A stretch of DNA of 27,505 nt, from positions 1-27,505 of the forward strand of contig CAYYES010000004.1 of the NCBI GenBank assembly GCA_964471025.1, given 5' to 3'. Position numbers and translations under genes: made by a program. Shown piece after piece: positions 16,953 to 25,900 of the stretch. Below the pieces are notes generated by a model. The model saw only the letters and a list, made by a program, of their open reading frames with translations. It searched no databases and was not told where the DNA came from. Every line of letters begins with the position of its first letter. Positions within the stretch are counted from its first letter, which is position 1. Source of the stretch: an uncultured Candidatus Saccharibacteria bacterium (GTDB lineage Bacteria > Patescibacteriota > Minisyncoccia > Phycocordibacterales > UBA1006).

Positions 16953-17813
16953 TTAAGCAAGATGACCAGGCTCAATTATTTCTTGTATAGATCGAAGTTC
17001 GGTAAGCCATTTATCAGCCTGTTCCGCATTCGGCGGCGTCCCGTGCCATTTATAATCACCCTCGATTTCCTTGATCCCCTTGCCCGGAATCGTGTGGGCA
17101 ATAATCACGGTCGGCTTCTCGACGATCGTTTTTGCGGTTTCGACAGCACTGACGATTTCATTAAAATCATGGCCGTTTATTTCAATCACATGCCAGTTAA
17201 ACGCTCGCCATTTATCTGCCAGCGGTTCAAGTGGCATCACGTTTTCCGTCATCCCATCAATTTGAATATTATTACGATCGATAATCGCCGTTAGATTATG
17301 CAATTTCTGATTTCCCGCAAACATGATCGCCTCCCATGAATTCCCTTCGTCCAATTCCCCGTCGGACATTAAACAATAGACGCGTTCCTTGCGATTATCC
17401 ATGCGCAGACCGAGAGCGATCCCGGAAGCTTGTGAAAGGCCCGATCCGAGCGGCCCCGACGTAGTTTCCATGCCCGGCAATTTTTCCCGTTCCGGATGCC
17501 CCTGCAATCGCGAACCGAATTTGCGCAACGTTTTTAATTCCTCTACCGGAAAATACCCCGCATGCGCCATGGTGGCATACCGCACCGGCACGATGTGACC
17601 ATTGGACAGGATCAGACGATCACGCCCGTCCCATTCCGGATGTTTCGGATCATGGTTCAAGATATGAAAATACAGCGCCGTGAAAATATCCGCCATGCCC
17701 AAAGGTCCCGCCGTGTGGCCGGATTTCGCCTCGGCCAGCATTTCAATGATTGATTGGCGAATTGAATTGGCTTTCAGTTCTAAATCCTTGATTTGTGCAT
17801 CACTAAGAGACAT
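16953..17813 (-). CDS. tkt: Transketolase, N-terminal (TPP-binding) subunit
   Basis: SGHTAG, DRLILSNGH, LQGHP, GPLGSG, SDGELDEG...WEA...IIDRN, and HG at the C-terminus. Start at ATG 17813 (MSLSDAQ). Confidence 0.95.
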   Translation of the reverse strand: MSLSDAQIKDLELKANSIRQSIIEMLAEAKSGHTAGPLGMADIFTALYFHILNHDPKHPEWDGRDRLILSNGHIVPVRYATMAHAGYFPVEELKTLRKFGSRLQGHPEREKLPGMETTSGPLGSGLSQASGIALGLRMDNRKERVYCLMSDGELDEGNSWEAIMFAGNQKLHNLTAIIDRNNIQIDGMTENVMPLEPLADKWRAFNWHVIEINGHDFNEIVSAVETAKTIVEKPTVIIAHTIPGKGIKEIEGDYKWHGTPPNAEQADKWLTELRSIQEIIEPGHLA

Positions 17814-17817
17814 GGGT

Positions 17818-18450
17818 TTATTGTACCAAAGATTCCAGCTTTTTAATATTTTCTTTCGGTTCCCCGTCAAACACCGCACTGCCGCATACAAACCGTACCG
17901 CGCCCGCATCGCGGAGTTTTTTGATAGTTTGCAGGTTCACTGCCCCATCTACCGAAATCGGCATGTTGGGATATTGCTCCTTGAAGTAGGCAATCTTTTC
18001 CAATACCCGCTCATCAAACGGTTCGCCTTGGAATCCGATATTTTTAATGCCCATCAGCTGGATAAAATCGCAATCATCGATATACGTTTCGAGCCATTCA
18101 TTCGGCGTATCATTCGATATCGACAGCCCAATTTCAATTTCTCCGCGAACCTGTTCAAGCGCCATGAACATTTTTTGCTGATCGTGGATACTTTCAACAT
18201 GCACAACAATGCGTGCTGGGTGCATGGCAATCCAGTCATCAATCGACTGTTCCGGCTGATCAATCATCAAATCAAGTTCGTATTCGACTTGATCCGCATG
18301 CGGCAATTCATGAAATTTCGTCACGCTCGGCACAAATACCCCGTCGCACACATCCACTTGCACCTGCGTTGCAATCCCTAAAACCGCCGAAACTTTTTCG
18401 GACAATTCTGATTGTGATTTAGGGAGAATGGCAGGGATGATTTTGTTCAT
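17818..18450 (-). CDS. rpe: Ribulose-phosphate 3-epimerase
   Basis: IIPAIL, QVDVCDGVFVP, ELDLMI, IQLMGI..GFQG, VDGAVN. Confidence 0.9.
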   Translation of the reverse strand: MNKIIPAILPKSQSELSEKVSAVLGIATQVQVDVCDGVFVPSVTKFHELPHADQVEYELDLMIDQPEQSIDDWIAMHPARIVVHVESIHDQQKMFMALEQVRGEIEIGLSISNDTPNEWLETYIDDCDFIQLMGIKNIGFQGEPFDERVLEKIAYFKEQYPNMPISVDGAVNLQTIKKLRDAGAVRFVCGSAVFDGEPKENIKKLESLVQ

Positions 18451-18451
18451 A

Positions 18452-18892
18452 TTAATCGTCGATTTTCTCGATTCTGCGCTCATGCCGCGCATCGCCGGAA
18501 AATTCCGTTTCCAAAAATATTTTCACTGCCTGCATTGCTTCATCATCAGCCACAAATCGAGCACCGAGCGACAGTACATTCGCATCATTATGTTCCCGTG
18601 AAATTTTCACCACGTCCAAATTCCCGCCGTAATATTCCGTCGCACGCACGTGTGCAAATCGATTAGCATCCATTGCCTCGCCCTGGCCGGATCCGCCAAT
18701 CACGATACCGCGCGAAGCATTATCATCTGAAACGGATGTTGCAACCGGTTCAATGAAATCAGGATAATCATCGCCCGGATGTTCATCGTACGCACCGTGA
18801 TCCACCACCTCGTGGCCCAATGACTGCACGTATGGTTTCAAGATCTCTTTGAGGTTGTAGCCGGCATGATCGGCTCCCATGTGGATTTTCAT
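18452..18892 (-). CDS. rpiB: Ribose-5-phosphate isomerase B (RpiB/LacA/LacB family)
   Basis: GADHAG, DDYPD, IGGSGQG, REHNDANVLSLGAR, RHERRI. Confidence 0.93.
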   Translation of the reverse strand: MKIHMGADHAGYNLKEILKPYVQSLGHEVVDHGAYDEHPGDDYPDFIEPVATSVSDDNASRGIVIGGSGQGEAMDANRFAHVRATEYYGGNLDVVKISREHNDANVLSLGARFVADDEAMQAVKIFLETEFSGDARHERRIEKIDD

Positions 18893-18921
18893 GCGACTAG
18901 TATATCAAATAACCCGTGCAT

Positions 18922-18949
18922 GAAAAAAGCTTTCCCTATTGGGAAAGCT
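18922..18949 (-). terminator. Terminator overlapping the stop codon of the peptidoglycan-binding gene
   Basis: A-tract plus AGCTTTCCC-tatt-GGGAAAGCT. Confidence 0.6.
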
Positions 18950-19754
18950 CGGCATAATACTCTTCAATCTTTGGACGAATATGGTCAAACATTTCATCCT
19001 GGTACCACTTTTTAGGGCGATACGGCCCAATCTGAAGCAGGCGCATCGTTTGGGAACCAACAATACCATCAGGCTGCAATTGGTGTTCCTTTTGGAATTG
19101 GATCACCGCCTGGCGTGTCGTTTCATTAAAATTACCGTCTACCTGGGTAGCGTAACCGTTAATTTGAAGCGCCGCCTGAAGTGTCAGTACGTAATATCCG
19201 TCGCGTGCGAATTCGCCAATCCCGGCGCCCTTGCGGAGCGTTTTCGGAAATTGATCAATCGGGCAATTTTCCTCGGCAACCGGGTAGTAATTTTCAGGCC
19301 AACCCTGCGGCACCTGAGTCGGATCAGTCACTTTTGCAATGAATGGTTCTGGTGCAACTGAATGAATCCCCGGGGATGACCATTTTTTCAAATATTCCTC
19401 CGTGGGCTGCATATATTCCGATCTTCTGAAAATAGTTCCGTTGCGCCGTAATGCCACAAAATATCCCGTGTCATTCGACATTGCAATAAAACTGTCAGTT
19501 ACAAGAATCTTTCGGGAATAGACCTTGCCGTTTTTGTAATAGGCCAGATCCATTTCCCAAATCAAATCAATACATACCTGAGCCGAACTTTTCGACTTAG
19601 GTACTACGAAAAATTGTTTCGGGTTCCAACGCTTCAGTGTTTGATAAGCGCCATCACCCGGCAAAGGAGTTATCGCCTCGTGAACCTGAAGAGAAGAAAC
19701 ACCCACCGCAACGGTTGCCACCAAGGCGCAAACCAAGAGAGCCGTTTTCATCAT
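18936..19754 (-). CDS. Exported protein with a C-terminal peptidoglycan-binding domain (PG_binding_1)
   Basis: Signal peptide, then LQAALQINGY...VDGNFNETTRQAVIQFQKEHQLQPDGIVGSQT. Confidence 0.85.
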   Translation of the reverse strand: MMKTALLVCALVATVAVGVSSLQVHEAITPLPGDGAYQTLKRWNPKQFFVVPKSKSSAQVCIDLIWEMDLAYYKNGKVYSRKILVTDSFIAMSNDTGYFVALRRNGTIFRRSEYMQPTEEYLKKWSSPGIHSVAPEPFIAKVTDPTQVPQGWPENYYPVAEENCPIDQFPKTLRKGAGIGEFARDGYYVLTLQAALQINGYATQVDGNFNETTRQAVIQFQKEHQLQPDGIVGSQTMRLLQIGPYRPKKWYQDEMFDHIRPKIEEYYAELSQ

Positions 19755-19828
19755 TTGCTACTTTATTTTTAGGGTAAGGAAATAAGATTTAAAGTATAAT
19801 AACCCTTTTATGTAAAATGTCAAGAATC

Positions 19829-19856
19829 ATAAAAACCACCCGCGGGTAGTTTTTAT
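19829..19856 (-). terminator. Terminator of the DEAD-box helicase gene
   Basis: ATAAAAACCACC-cgcg-GGTAGTTTTTAT hairpin with A/T tracts. Confidence 0.55.
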
Positions 19857-19862
19857 TGGATA

Positions 19863-21116
19863 CTATACGAATGTGAGCGCAATCCCCTTCTTGTCCGCGC
19901 GGCCGGTGCGGCCGATGCGGTGAACATACGTTTCGTAGTTCTGAGGGATTTCGTAATTGATCACGTGCGAAACGCCCGAAATGTCGAGTCCGCGCGCCGC
20001 AACGTCGGTGGCAATCAGAATCTGTGCCTTGCCGGTTGCAAACTGCGCGAGCGACAACTGGCGCTGACGGTGTTCCTTGTCTCCGTGAATCGATTCAGCC
20101 TTGAATCCGCGAGATCTCAGTTCATCATGCAATTTGTCGACGGAACGTTTCGTTTCCACGAAAATCAACACCTTGCTGAAATGCGGATCCTGCAACAATC
20201 CCGCAAGGATATCCAATTTCTTGGATTTATCCTGTACGCGCACCACATCCTGATCCACGTTTTTCGACGTGTCGCGGGTTTTCACGGAAATTTTCACCGG
20301 CTGGTGCAAAAATTCATGCACCAGTTTTTCAATTTCCTTGGGCATCGTTGCCGAAAACAACAGCATCTGGCGTTCGCTCGGAATGTGTTTGAGGAAGTAG
20401 CGCACGTCATCGATGAACCCCATGTCAAGCATGCGGTCCGCCTCGTCGAGGATCACCGTGCTGACCGAACCCATGTCCAATTTGCCGCGCTCCTGCAAAT
20501 CCTTTAATCGTCCCGGCGTACCGATCACGATATTGTGTTTCTGTTCCAATGCGCGCATCTGCATGCGAATCGGCGCGCCGCCCACACAGGTTACATTGAA
20601 CAATGCCAATTTGCGGCACAGTTCAATGCATTCTTTCTGGATCTGGATCGCCAATTCGCGCGTCGGCGTGATGACGATTGCCTTGTGTTTCGGATCCTTC
20701 AAAATTTTGTTAATTGTCGGGATCAAAAACGATGCGGTTTTACCGGTTCCGGTATTCGCCAATCCTAAAATATCACGTCCGTCGAGCGCGTGCGGAATCG
20801 CCTGGTCCTGAATCGGACTTGGCACCGTATAGCCCTTGTGAGCAATGTTTTCCTTGAGGCGCGCGTCGATTTTAAAATCGTTAAACGTATGCGTCGGGCT
20901 GTAGACATCCTCGACGATCGTTTCGGCCTTGTTAATGAATTTTGAAATGTCGATGTAGTCGCCCGTCTGTTTGCGCCCACCGCGTCCGCGGCCAAATCCG
21001 CCGCGACCGCCAAATCGCCCGCCTCCTCGGGAACCCCCGAATCGCGAGCCGCCGGATCCGCGTCGCTTATCGCCAAACAGCGATGATGACGGCCCGGCCG
21101 TTAAATCTCGTACCAT
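19863..21116 (-). CDS. DEAD-box ATP-dependent RNA helicase with a Gly/Arg-rich N-terminal extension
   Basis: Q motif (PSPIQ), ANTGTGKT, PTRELA, GTPGRL, DEAD, SAT, ARGLD, HRIGRTGR. Confidence 0.95.
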   Translation of the reverse strand: MVRDLTAGPSSSLFGDKRRGSGGSRFGGSRGGGRFGGRGGFGRGRGGRKQTGDYIDISKFINKAETIVEDVYSPTHTFNDFKIDARLKENIAHKGYTVPSPIQDQAIPHALDGRDILGLANTGTGKTASFLIPTINKILKDPKHKAIVITPTRELAIQIQKECIELCRKLALFNVTCVGGAPIRMQMRALEQKHNIVIGTPGRLKDLQERGKLDMGSVSTVILDEADRMLDMGFIDDVRYFLKHIPSERQMLLFSATMPKEIEKLVHEFLHQPVKISVKTRDTSKNVDQDVVRVQDKSKKLDILAGLLQDPHFSKVLIFVETKRSVDKLHDELRSRGFKAESIHGDKEHRQRQLSLAQFATGKAQILIATDVAARGLDISGVSHVINYEIPQNYETYVHRIGRTGRADKKGIALTFV

Positions 21117-21234
21117 ATATAAAATCTTGGGTTGTCCTCCGATGATAATAAAGAACTTGATGGACTCTCACTAGGGCCCTTCAGATGGCGCAGGATGCGC
21201 GAGGAAAGGCGAAAAAATCAATCAAAGTAATGGA

Positions 21235-21278
21235 AAACAACGTGTGCCAAGAATAGCACACGTTGTTTATTTTGGCAA
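21235..21278 (-). promoter_or_regulatory. Sigma70-type promoter whose -10 box lies in the loop of a perfect 13-bp inverted repeat
   Basis: TTGCCA (21278-21273)-N17-TATTCT (21255-21250). Arms are AAACAACGTGTGC (21235-21247) and GCACACGTTGTTT (21256-21268). Confidence 0.55.
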
Positions 21279-21288
21279 GCTATGCCAC

Positions 21289-21441
21289 CTACTGCGCATC
21301 ATCAGATGCACTATCCGAATCTTCATGACGCATCATTTCCTCTGCAGCAATCTCCTCGTCAGTTTTGAATCCCTCGGGAAAAGGAAACGACTCGGGGCGA
21401 CCTTCGTAATCTGTCAAACCTACCCAGGTTGGTTCTTCCAT
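21289..21441 (-). CDS. Small acidic hypothetical protein (50 aa)
   Basis: ATG is 1 nt after the gap stop codon. Sequence is MEEPTWVGLTDYEGRPESFPFPEGF... Confidence 0.45.
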   Translation of the reverse strand: MEEPTWVGLTDYEGRPESFPFPEGFKTDEEIAAEEMMRHEDSDSASDDAQ

Positions 21442-21442
21442 A

Positions 21443-22492
21443 TTATTTGATGGTTTTGCCTGTTTTGACCACATGCTCGACCAGCGTATGCGTATACCCC
21501 ATTTCGTTGTCATACCACGCCAACACCTTGACCAAGTTCCCGCCGATTACGCGCGTCATTTCCAAATCCGCAATCGATCCGTATTTGCTGCCAAGTATGT
21601 CGGTGGATACCAACGGTTCGTCCGTGACTGAAAATACTCCGGCCCATCGCGCATCTGCAGCGGCTTTTTTCAAAATCTGGTTTACTTCGTCTGCAGATGT
21701 ATCGCGTTTGGCGATAAACGTCACATCAACGATCGATCCGGCAACCACCGGAACTCGCATGGAAATACCATCGAACAATCCCTCGAGCGCCGGGAACGCC
21801 TTGGTAACGGCGATTGCCGCACCCGTTGATGAGGGAACAATATTCATCGCTGCCGCGCGGCCCTCGCGCAAATCTTTCTTGCTCGGTCCGTCAACCAACG
21901 CCTGCGATGCCGTGTATCCGTGCGTCGTGGAAAGCACCGCTTTTTCAATACCGATCGCCTCGTCCAAAATGGCGATCAATGGCGATGCGGCGTTCGTCGT
22001 GCATGATGCGTTCGAGGTAATGTCGCATGTGCCGAATTTTTCCTCGTTCACGCCCATCAAAATCGTTGCGCCGGAAACGGCTTGAACACCTGCAGCATCA
22101 CCTTCCTTGGCGGGCGCGGTGATGACGACCTTTTTCGCGCCGTCATCAATGTGGAATTTCGCCTTGTCATAGGCTGTAAACAATCCGGTTGATTCCACAA
22201 CAACATCGATATTCAAATCTTTCCATGGCAATTTGGTGGTGTCTTTTTCCGAAATGAACGCGATTTTTTTACCATCGATGATGATGTTTTTATCATCGTG
22301 CGAAACCGCATGGTTCCATTTACGATACACCGTGTCGTATTTCAACAGATACGACAAGGATTCAATGCTACCCAAATCGTTCACGGCGACGATTTCAAGT
22401 TCCGGGCGTTCCCATGCCAATTTCACAAATGCTCGCCCGATGCGCCCAAACCCATTCACCGCCACGCGGATTTTTTTTGTTCCGAAAATCAT
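21443..22492 (-). CDS. gap: Glyceraldehyde-3-phosphate dehydrogenase, type I
   Basis: VAVNGFGRIGR, VVESTG, ASCTTN, MRVPV, WYDNEMGY. Confidence 0.97.
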   Translation of the reverse strand: MIFGTKKIRVAVNGFGRIGRAFVKLAWERPELEIVAVNDLGSIESLSYLLKYDTVYRKWNHAVSHDDKNIIIDGKKIAFISEKDTTKLPWKDLNIDVVVESTGLFTAYDKAKFHIDDGAKKVVITAPAKEGDAAGVQAVSGATILMGVNEEKFGTCDITSNASCTTNAASPLIAILDEAIGIEKAVLSTTHGYTASQALVDGPSKKDLREGRAAAMNIVPSSTGAAIAVTKAFPALEGLFDGISMRVPVVAGSIVDVTFIAKRDTSADEVNQILKKAAADARWAGVFSVTDEPLVSTDILGSKYGSIADLEMTRVIGGNLVKVLAWYDNEMGYTHTLVEHVVKTGKTIK

Positions 22493-22527
22493 ATGAGCCA
22501 GTATACCAGGTACGCAAAAAGCGGCAA

Positions 22528-22920
22528 TTAGGCCGCCTTGCTCACCTGATGATCGCGCGATGGCAGCAACTCGCCATTCTTGCCAACAATCCCTTTGCAG
22601 TACTGATATATTTTTTCCGTATCAATCATATAGTCAATAATATATCTTTTATATCCTCCACGGGCAGGAAACTGTGACTGCCGATACGTTGCGATATCAA
22701 ACCCTATAGCATTATTCAAGTCCTCAATGTCGGATTTAATAGCACCGTCATTACGGCCCACGAAATAAGGCTCGTTCAATAATCGCTTCAATTCACCCAG
22801 GCGCGCGCGTTGCATATCCTGGGTCAATGAAAGATATTCCCAAGCTTTTTTCTTCTTGGAGTAATCAGGCACATCCTCGATAAACCGAGGAAAGAATTCG
22901 AGCTGTTTCCCAATATTCAT
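22528..22920 (-). CDS. Hypothetical protein (130 aa)
   Basis: ATGA overlap with the helicase stop codon. No recognised motif. Confidence 0.55.
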   Translation of the reverse strand: MNIGKQLEFFPRFIEDVPDYSKKKKAWEYLSLTQDMQRARLGELKRLLNEPYFVGRNDGAIKSDIEDLNNAIGFDIATYRQSQFPARGGYKRYIIDYMIDTEKIYQYCKGIVGKNGELLPSRDHQVSKAA

Positions 22921-25900
22921 GGCTTTAGTGTACTCGCCTGGTAAATTGCCGCAAGGGCGCAATACTGGCACTCCTCGCCCTGGTAGGATTTGTGATGGCA
23001 TTGCCGGTTCACCCATTCCCCTGTTTTAAGCAACCGATCGTAATCCCGGATATCCTGACGCAGGCGCTCAAGGTGCTCCCCTGTAATTTTTGTGGCATAT
23101 AACGCATTTTTATCGCCCGGTTTTGCTTCGATAAATTCCAGCCGTGATTCAACGGCCTCCTGATTCCCGCCCGACTTCCCTTCTAATAGGAACGAATACA
23201 TCGCGAGCTGGCGCAAGTAATCCGACATGCGACCCTCCTCGTCGTCTTTTTCAATTTCAGATTTGGTTTTCGGTTTGCCGGTTTTGAAATCCGTCACGCG
23301 CACCGAAACCTCGTCGAGTTTTTCGAGCAGATCGATTTTTCCCGTAATTTTTAGATGATCGAATTCAGCATCCCGGAATTTGTAGAACGGATACTCGCTT
23401 TCATATTCGTCCGCGATTTCAGGCAGGCGCTTGGCCACCCACGATTCGAGCACCTCGAATGCATCTTTTTTAATCCGTGACTCCTCATACTCATCAGCAA
23501 AATGAATTTCCGAAACACACTCGTCGATCATGCTACGCAATATTTCATGGTCGGGAGTGATCTTTTTCTTGAGAATTTTTTCAATTGTGCCGTGAACCAC
23601 GCTTCCAAAATGGAGCGATATCGACAATGGTTCCGGCAGGCGCAACAAATTGCGGAAATACCATTTCCACGGACATTCAAAAAAATTATTGAGTGCGGTG
23701 ACCGATACGTCGATCGTACCATATTCATCTGCCACCAGTTCTGCCAATTCAGAAACGGCAACGGGTTGCCGGATGACGGGATTCGCCGTGACATACGCCG
23801 TGACATTATTTTCAAGAATGAAGGTTTCCGAATCAGCAAGAGTTCTTTTCTCGAATTGGTCCTGCAGCAAGTCCGCAACAATATGCGCCACCTGTTGCTC
23901 GCCGCCCGTATAGCTGCGGCGTGCATAGGACAACGTACAATATTGTTTTGCGCGCGTCATGGCGACATACAATTGACGCTTCAGTGTCTGCTCATCTTTT
24001 TCCTCGACACGCTCCTTGATGGTTTCAGGAAGGGTGAATGCGGCATGCTTGCGCCCGCCCAGGTTTTTCTCGTCGACATGCGCAATCCATACGTATTCAA
24101 ATTCGAGGCCTTTGGATGCGTGGAGCGTCATGACGCGCACACCCTGATCTGCGCCGAATACGGCAAGCGGGACATCCGTACCGTAGGCGCGCAACCGTTC
24201 GATGAAATTCAAAAAATCTGCGAGCTTCTGGTTTCTCGACTGCGACTTCTGAAGCCTCTCACCCTGTGACAAGGCAAGATGAAGAAATGTTCGCAGAATC
24301 TCTACTCGCCTCACCAATGCTTCATGATTGGTTGCTGTCTTGATCAACAAGTCATCACCTATTTTCTGAATCAGCCCATACACATCCGTATGCTGCGACC
24401 GTTCCAACCACGCACGGAGCTTTCCTGCCCACGGGACAATGGTTTCAGAATCATCCTCGAGCATTTTTTCGAGCGTCAATTGTTTCGCTCGCACCCCCGA
24501 CAGGTACCGGTGCGCATCGAGCGGTGCAATCCCCGATAATGGGTCAAGAATCGTTCGCGCGACATATTCAGGCGCCGTAGGATGCGCAATAGCCGCAAGG
24601 ATATCCAAGAAGCTCTGCGCCTCGGGCAATTCAAACAATTTCAAATTCCCTGCGGATGCGACAGGAATTCCCAAATCAGCAAGCACGCGCATCGCGCTTT
24701 TCACTTGGGCGTTTTTCGGAACAAGAATCGCGCATTCTTTGGGGTCGATTCCTCCGCCAGCTGGCGGATCGATCAGTTCCTTGATTTCAAGGCCTGCCGC
24801 AATGATTTCATCGCGCGGATATTCGGATTCAACCAAATGCACCGGCCGGTCGCCATCACGATGGCCGATTAATTTCGCATCGACGATTGAACTTTTGAGC
24901 AGTTCCTCGGCTGCATCCAAAATAATCTGCGTGGAACGATAGTTATCGGTGAGCGTAATGATGCGGGCATCGGGAAACGCGGTGGTGAATCCGGTAAACC
25001 GCGCAAGCGATGCGCCACCGAATTCGTAAATCAACTGGCGATCATCGCCCACGACAAACACATCAGGTTTTTCCAAATCGCCCCATACCCGCGTTAAAAA
25101 TTCATTTTGCACGCCGCTCGAATCCTGGTGTTCGTCAATCAACACGTACAGATACCGCTCGCGGAGCGTATCCCGCACCTCGTCTGAAACCTCTACGAGC
25201 CGCACGATGTTTGCCAGAACATCATCATAATCAAGAAGCGACCGTTCGATTTTTGCGGCTTCATAGTATTCGTAAAAATCAACGACTTCGCGCGTGCGTT
25301 CTAATCCTTCGATTTTCTTGATGGCATCCGCCTTCAATTGTCCCTTGGTTGCACCACGGGATGAAATATTTTCCTCGTTGTTTTTGATAGCATCAATTTC
25401 GTTTTCAATCTCGGTTTTAAACGCATCAGGGGTAATCCGTTCGCGCTTGAGCAATGATACCAATGATTTAATGTCCCCGAAAAACGCTGCCGGATTCGCG
25501 CGAGTTCTAATATGTTTCCAATCGTGCGCGTGCAAAATTTCGTCCGCAAGCGCAATGGACTGCAAGTCATCAATCAATTGCGGACGAATCTCGTAACCGA
25601 GGTGGGCATAAAATTCCTCGATCAGTTTCATGCCGAAACTGTGGAACGTCGCGATCATCACGCGCGACGCGGCCGGGCCGATGTAGGTGCGCAGGCGATC
25701 CTGCATGGCGCGTACGCCAGAATTGGTAAACGTCAGGCACAAAATCCCGTCGGCAGGCGTTCCGGTTTTCTGGATGATGTTAGCAATGCGTACGGCCAGC
25801 ACCTGCGTTTTCCCGGTCCCCGGGCCGGCAACGACCATAACAGGACCGTCAATGGCATCTACGGCTGCGCGTTGGGCGGCATTTAATTGGGCATAAGCGC

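Noticed and set aside
20975-21065. Gly/Arg repeats at the helicase N-terminus
   Set aside because: Ordinary RGG-type RNA-binding low-complexity coding sequence.
21429-22085. Long antisense or alternative-frame ORFs (e.g. 21429-22085, 23502-24269, 17680-18381, 19920-20507, 7514-8041)
   Set aside because: Shadow ORFs opposite well-conserved genes, with no motifs or expression signals.
22654-22669. PARGG-encoding segment as a family A relative
   Set aside because: Too many mismatches in the stem to distinguish from chance.
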